Assembly: GCA_003971905.1 (NCBI GenBank)
Contig: RSEE01000047.1
Coordinates: 186,001-250,000 of the forward strand
DNA from: Moniliella sp. 'wahieum'
Lineage: Eukaryota
Reading direction: 5' to 3'
Length of the DNA stretch: 64,000 bases
Shown: positions 63,465 to 64,000 of the stretch, in pieces
How positions within the stretch are numbered: the stretch's first letter is position 1
Layout: each line of letters starts with the position of its first letter
Notes under the pieces: model-generated
The model's input: the letters and a program-made list of their open reading frames with translations, nothing else
What the model was told of the DNA's origin: nothing
Database searches by the model: none
Position numbers and translations under genes: made by a program

Positions 63465-63544
63465 TGATGCTTGAAGCTTGAAGCTTGACGTGTGACGTGT
63501 GACGCTTGATGCATGACGCTTGATGCATGATGCTTGATGCATGA
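63465..63544. repeat. Eleven-unit TGA-N4 heptamer array with variable cores
   Basis: Cores in order: TGCT, AGCT, AGCT, CGTG, CGTG, CGCT, TGCA, CGCT, TGCA, TGCT, TGCA. TGA is invariant at every 7th base. Confidence 0.95.
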
Positions 63545-64000
63545 TGGTTCCATGGCAAAGAGGAGGCAGGCAAGTCGTGCGACCCAGAAGCAGTCCTCTT
63601 GCTGACACTTCTGTCTGACGTAAGGCGCACATCACGTGACCGGGGCCGCACCTTGGCTGCTGCTTGCTCTGCCGACTGCGGGCGACCGTCTCTGCGGCCG
63701 TCATTGCGGACAATGCAAGGCCAGCCCGGCCGGTACAGGCCGTGGCGAGTCGCGCGTCGGAGCAGCGGCTGCGATGCCGGCGGGTGTGGGAGGTGGTGTC
63801 GCATCCGGATCCAGCATCGGTGCTGGCACCACCAGCACCAGCGCCGCGCGGCTGCCCCCCGCTCTGCCGCTCGCTCGCAAACCCGCGCTCGCCGACGAGC
63901 TTGGGGGGAGCGCGAGCCAGGTGTTGTTCCCAAGGCAGCCGAGGTGCATCCGCCAAGCATGTGGGCGCCCGTCGCACCTGGCGTGTCCGATGGAGCTATG

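Noticed and set aside
63600..64000. Possible gene at the right window edge
   Set aside because: GC-rich open frames exist on both strands, but no motif or splice structure was recognised within the window.

Overview
Gene-dense, GC-rich eukaryotic DNA with short GT-AG introns. It is most likely from a basidiomycete fungus of the Ustilaginomycotina/Exobasidiomycetes type; this is inferred from gene style, not established by search. About 21 protein-coding genes can be reconstructed: gamma-type indoleamine 2,3-dioxygenase (truncated by the window edge), aldehyde dehydrogenase, amino-acid permease, class-2 dihydroorotate dehydrogenase, SRPK/Sky1 kinase, WrbA/Pst2 quinone reductase, Pin1/Ess1, a CENP-B-type HTH protein, UTP10, an aldo-keto reductase, annexin, TSC13, a Snf2/Sth1 remodeller, BRCA2/Brh2, an ABHD11-like hydrolase, YOS1, an HSF-domain factor, ARF1, VAP/Scs2, a DUF1770-like protein and an EH-like/NPF protein, plus one hypothetical gene. 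Many genes, including conserved housekeeping genes, are broken by single-base indels. This points to an unpolished long-read assembly, so CDS limits are reconstructed and sometimes approximate. The most unusual signal is non-coding. The intergenic and upstream regions carry many 7-bp-period arrays built from a fixed T-N-A triplet (mostly TCA/TGA) plus a variable 4-bp core that is usually a palindrome. At least 14 of the 16 possible palindromic cores occur, and cores change within an array while the 7-bp phase is kept. No tRNA, rRNA, CRISPR array or intact mobile element was recognised.
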